Part shown: positions 62,491 to 64,000 of the stretch, one piece after another
Position numbering within the stretch: the stretch's first letter is position 1
Layout of the letters: every line of letters starts with the position of its first letter
Notes under the pieces: generated by a model
The model's database searches: none
Seen by the model: the letters and a program-made list of their open reading frames with translations, nothing else
What the model was told of the DNA's origin: nothing
Source: Coleofasciculus sp. B1-GNL1-01
GTDB taxonomy: Bacteria; Cyanobacteriota; Cyanobacteriia; Cyanobacteriales; Coleofasciculaceae
Length of the DNA stretch: 64,000 bases
Strand: one strand, 5' to 3'
Assembly: GCA_040220235.1 (NCBI GenBank)
Contig: JAVJTO010000102.1
Translations under genes and position numbers: made by a program

Positions 62491-63264
62491 TTACTTGAGA
62501 GCCACCCAGGAAATAAAGTTATGTAATTTAATCAGAGAATCAATCTGCTTAAAGCCACTATCATACAACATTTGCACCTGCTGGGCTTCTGTTAACGGCA
62601 CTAAAACATTCTCTAGCGCCTCCTTTTTGCGTTCGATTTCAGTACGGGCATAGCCATTATGAGCTTTAAAGGCTTCATAGTGTCGGGTGATTGTCTCTTG
62701 AAATTGGGGATAGGGTGACTTGACCTTTTCACTGATGAAGAGTAAGCCTCCTGGAACCAATCCCTCGTAGATAGTCTGGAGCAAGAGTTGACGCACCTGT
62801 AGCGGCAAAAATTGCAACGTGTAGTTAATCACGACAACACTACTATTCTCAAATGAACAGTTTTCTGCCTTGTCACAGATGAATTCAATCTTATGGATCT
62901 GTTTAATCTGAACTAACTTATGCTCGGCTTTCTCTAGCATAGGTTGAGAATTATCAATCCCAACCAGCGTAGCGTTTTGCTTTAATAAACGTCCCAGTAG
63001 TTCCAAAAATGTCCCCGTAGAACAGCCCACATCAATGATCCGCGTTCCCGGTTGATAATACTCTCTCGCCCAATGAGCGGCACAGGTTAGTACCTCTTGG
63101 TACAAAGGAACGGAACGGGATATCATATTATCGAAAACATTAACCACATCCTGGTTAAAAGCAAATGGTTTGGGCCACACTCCTTTTTCAAAGAGTTCAT
63201 CTTTTTCAGGACTCAGATAAAGTTTTGTGTGATCAAGTTCTGAATCGAGTTTGTCGTAATTCAT
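62491..63264 (-). CDS. cmoA: Carboxy-SAM synthase CmoA-like protein
   Basis: FAFNQDVVNVFDNMISRSVPLY, DVGCSTG, GIDNSQPM, NYTLQF, SEK and LENVL. Confidence 0.8.
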   Translation of the reverse strand: MNYDKLDSELDHTKLYLSPEKDELFEKGVWPKPFAFNQDVVNVFDNMISRSVPLYQEVLTCAAHWAREYYQPGTRIIDVGCSTGTFLELLGRLLKQNATLVGIDNSQPMLEKAEHKLVQIKQIHKIEFICDKAENCSFENSSVVVINYTLQFLPLQVRQLLLQTIYEGLVPGGLLFISEKVKSPYPQFQETITRHYEAFKAHNGYARTEIERKKEALENVLVPLTEAQQVQMLYDSGFKQIDSLIKLHNFISWVALK

Positions 63265-63273
63265 CAGTCAATT

Positions 63274-63511
63274 GTAGGGGCAAATTTAGGGACTGTAGAG
63301 GCGGATTTAGGGACTGTATGGACGGGTTTAGGAACTGTAGGGGTAGGTTTAGGGACTGTATGGACGAGTTTAGGGACAATTGTAGGGGCGGGTTTAGGGA
63401 ATCAATTCAGCTAGTCACCGATAAATGAACAACAAAACCCGCCCTCCCCACCAATAATGGATAATGGAACAACAAAACCCGCCCTCCTCACCAATAACGG
63501 AACAACAAAAC
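63274..63511. repeat. Long-loop REP with tandemly amplified arms
   Basis: 21-bp units start at 63274, 63295, 63316, 63337, 63358 and 63382; the right arm aacaacaaaac(ccgccct) occurs x3. Confidence 0.82.
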
Positions 63512-63668
63512 TTAATAGACAGTCTAGGACAGTACGAGATAGCATAGCATTCTGTAAATTGTTGTGTAAATTACAGGTGAAGGTTCAGCACGACTCCTTT
63601 CAGGTGGATCGCAATCATAAGCTGTATTTTCTCCCCCCCGTCCGAAAGCACCTATCTCAAAGCCTTAT

Positions 63669-64000
63669 TTAGCAAAAACCTGAAAATAGAACCCCAGAAA
63701 TACGATCATGAATTGATTTCCATTCATTCGCTAAAGCTGTTTCTCCACTGCGGATTTCACGCCCATTTAACTCAGGATGACGAGCATAGAAAACCGCATC
63801 AGCTAATTTATCACGAACACTTACATTGTTCACGCTAGCTTGATCCTGGTCAGAACTTGCAGAGCCACAGTTACTTTCAATCCACCCCACCCAATTCTTT
63901 ACGACCCCGCGCAGGGCATTCCATTCTCGAACATAAAGTTCTTGAGACGGATCAATACTCCTCCCTTCCATGTCTGGATGAACCGCATAAAAGAAGGTAT
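63669..64000 (-). CDS. Hypothetical protein, C-terminal part (runs off window end), with an internal repeat
   Basis: The frame is open to the window edge. TFFYAVHPDMEGRSI and AVFYARHPELNGREI are repeats. Confidence 0.65.
   Translation of the reverse strand, partial: TFFYAVHPDMEGRSIDPSQELYVREWNALRGVVKNWVGWIESNCGSASSDQDQASVNNVSVRDKLADAVFYARHPELNGREIRSGETALANEWKSIHDRISGVLFSGFC

Noticed and set aside
63274..63402. Possible CRISPR array
   Set aside because: The units are contiguous degenerate 21-mers with no unique spacers, they derive from a REP arm, and there are no cas genes.
63165..63672. ORFs with RDC-GGF and NGTTKP repeats
   Set aside because: Translations of the amplified REP arms.

Overview
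This is 64 kb of chromosome from a filamentous cyanobacterium. The evidence is frequent HIP1 octamers (GCGATCGC), petC-petA, a split DnaE C-intein, susA and heptamer STRR repeats; a Coleofasciculus/Oscillatoriales-like host is an inference. The housekeeping backbone comprises pnp (partial), susA, M32 carboxypeptidase, carB, rplY, purA, ppk2, ureD-ureA, petCA, rbp, rimM, RNase II, rpsR-rpmG, dnaE-c and ychF. The accessory loci are: (1) a VapBC45-like toxin-antitoxin pair next to a two-gene P-loop ATPase + NLR-like (degenerate NTPase-TPR-STAND-TM-WD40) module, with near-identical WD40 repeats that vary at fixed positions and a REP-flanked RAYT transposase remnant between the two genes; (2) a mosaic hotspot at 19.9-22.3 kb with a nucleotidyltransferase pair, an integron-type GNAT cassette with half an attC site, a duplicated alternative 3' end of a kinase gene, and a metallothionein with two SmtB boxes that the ORF track missed; (3) two PEP-CTERM genes after ureA; (4) a ~10 kb glycan-tailoring cluster (split GT4, GlpD-like oxidase, three methyltransferases, acyltransferase, epimerase, flippase) downstream of an orphan CmoA-like gene. 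Intergenic DNA is dense in GTAG-type REPs, MITEs and nested or tandemly amplified repeats. I saw no rRNA, tRNA or CRISPR array. All calls come from reading motifs by eye; no database searches were run.
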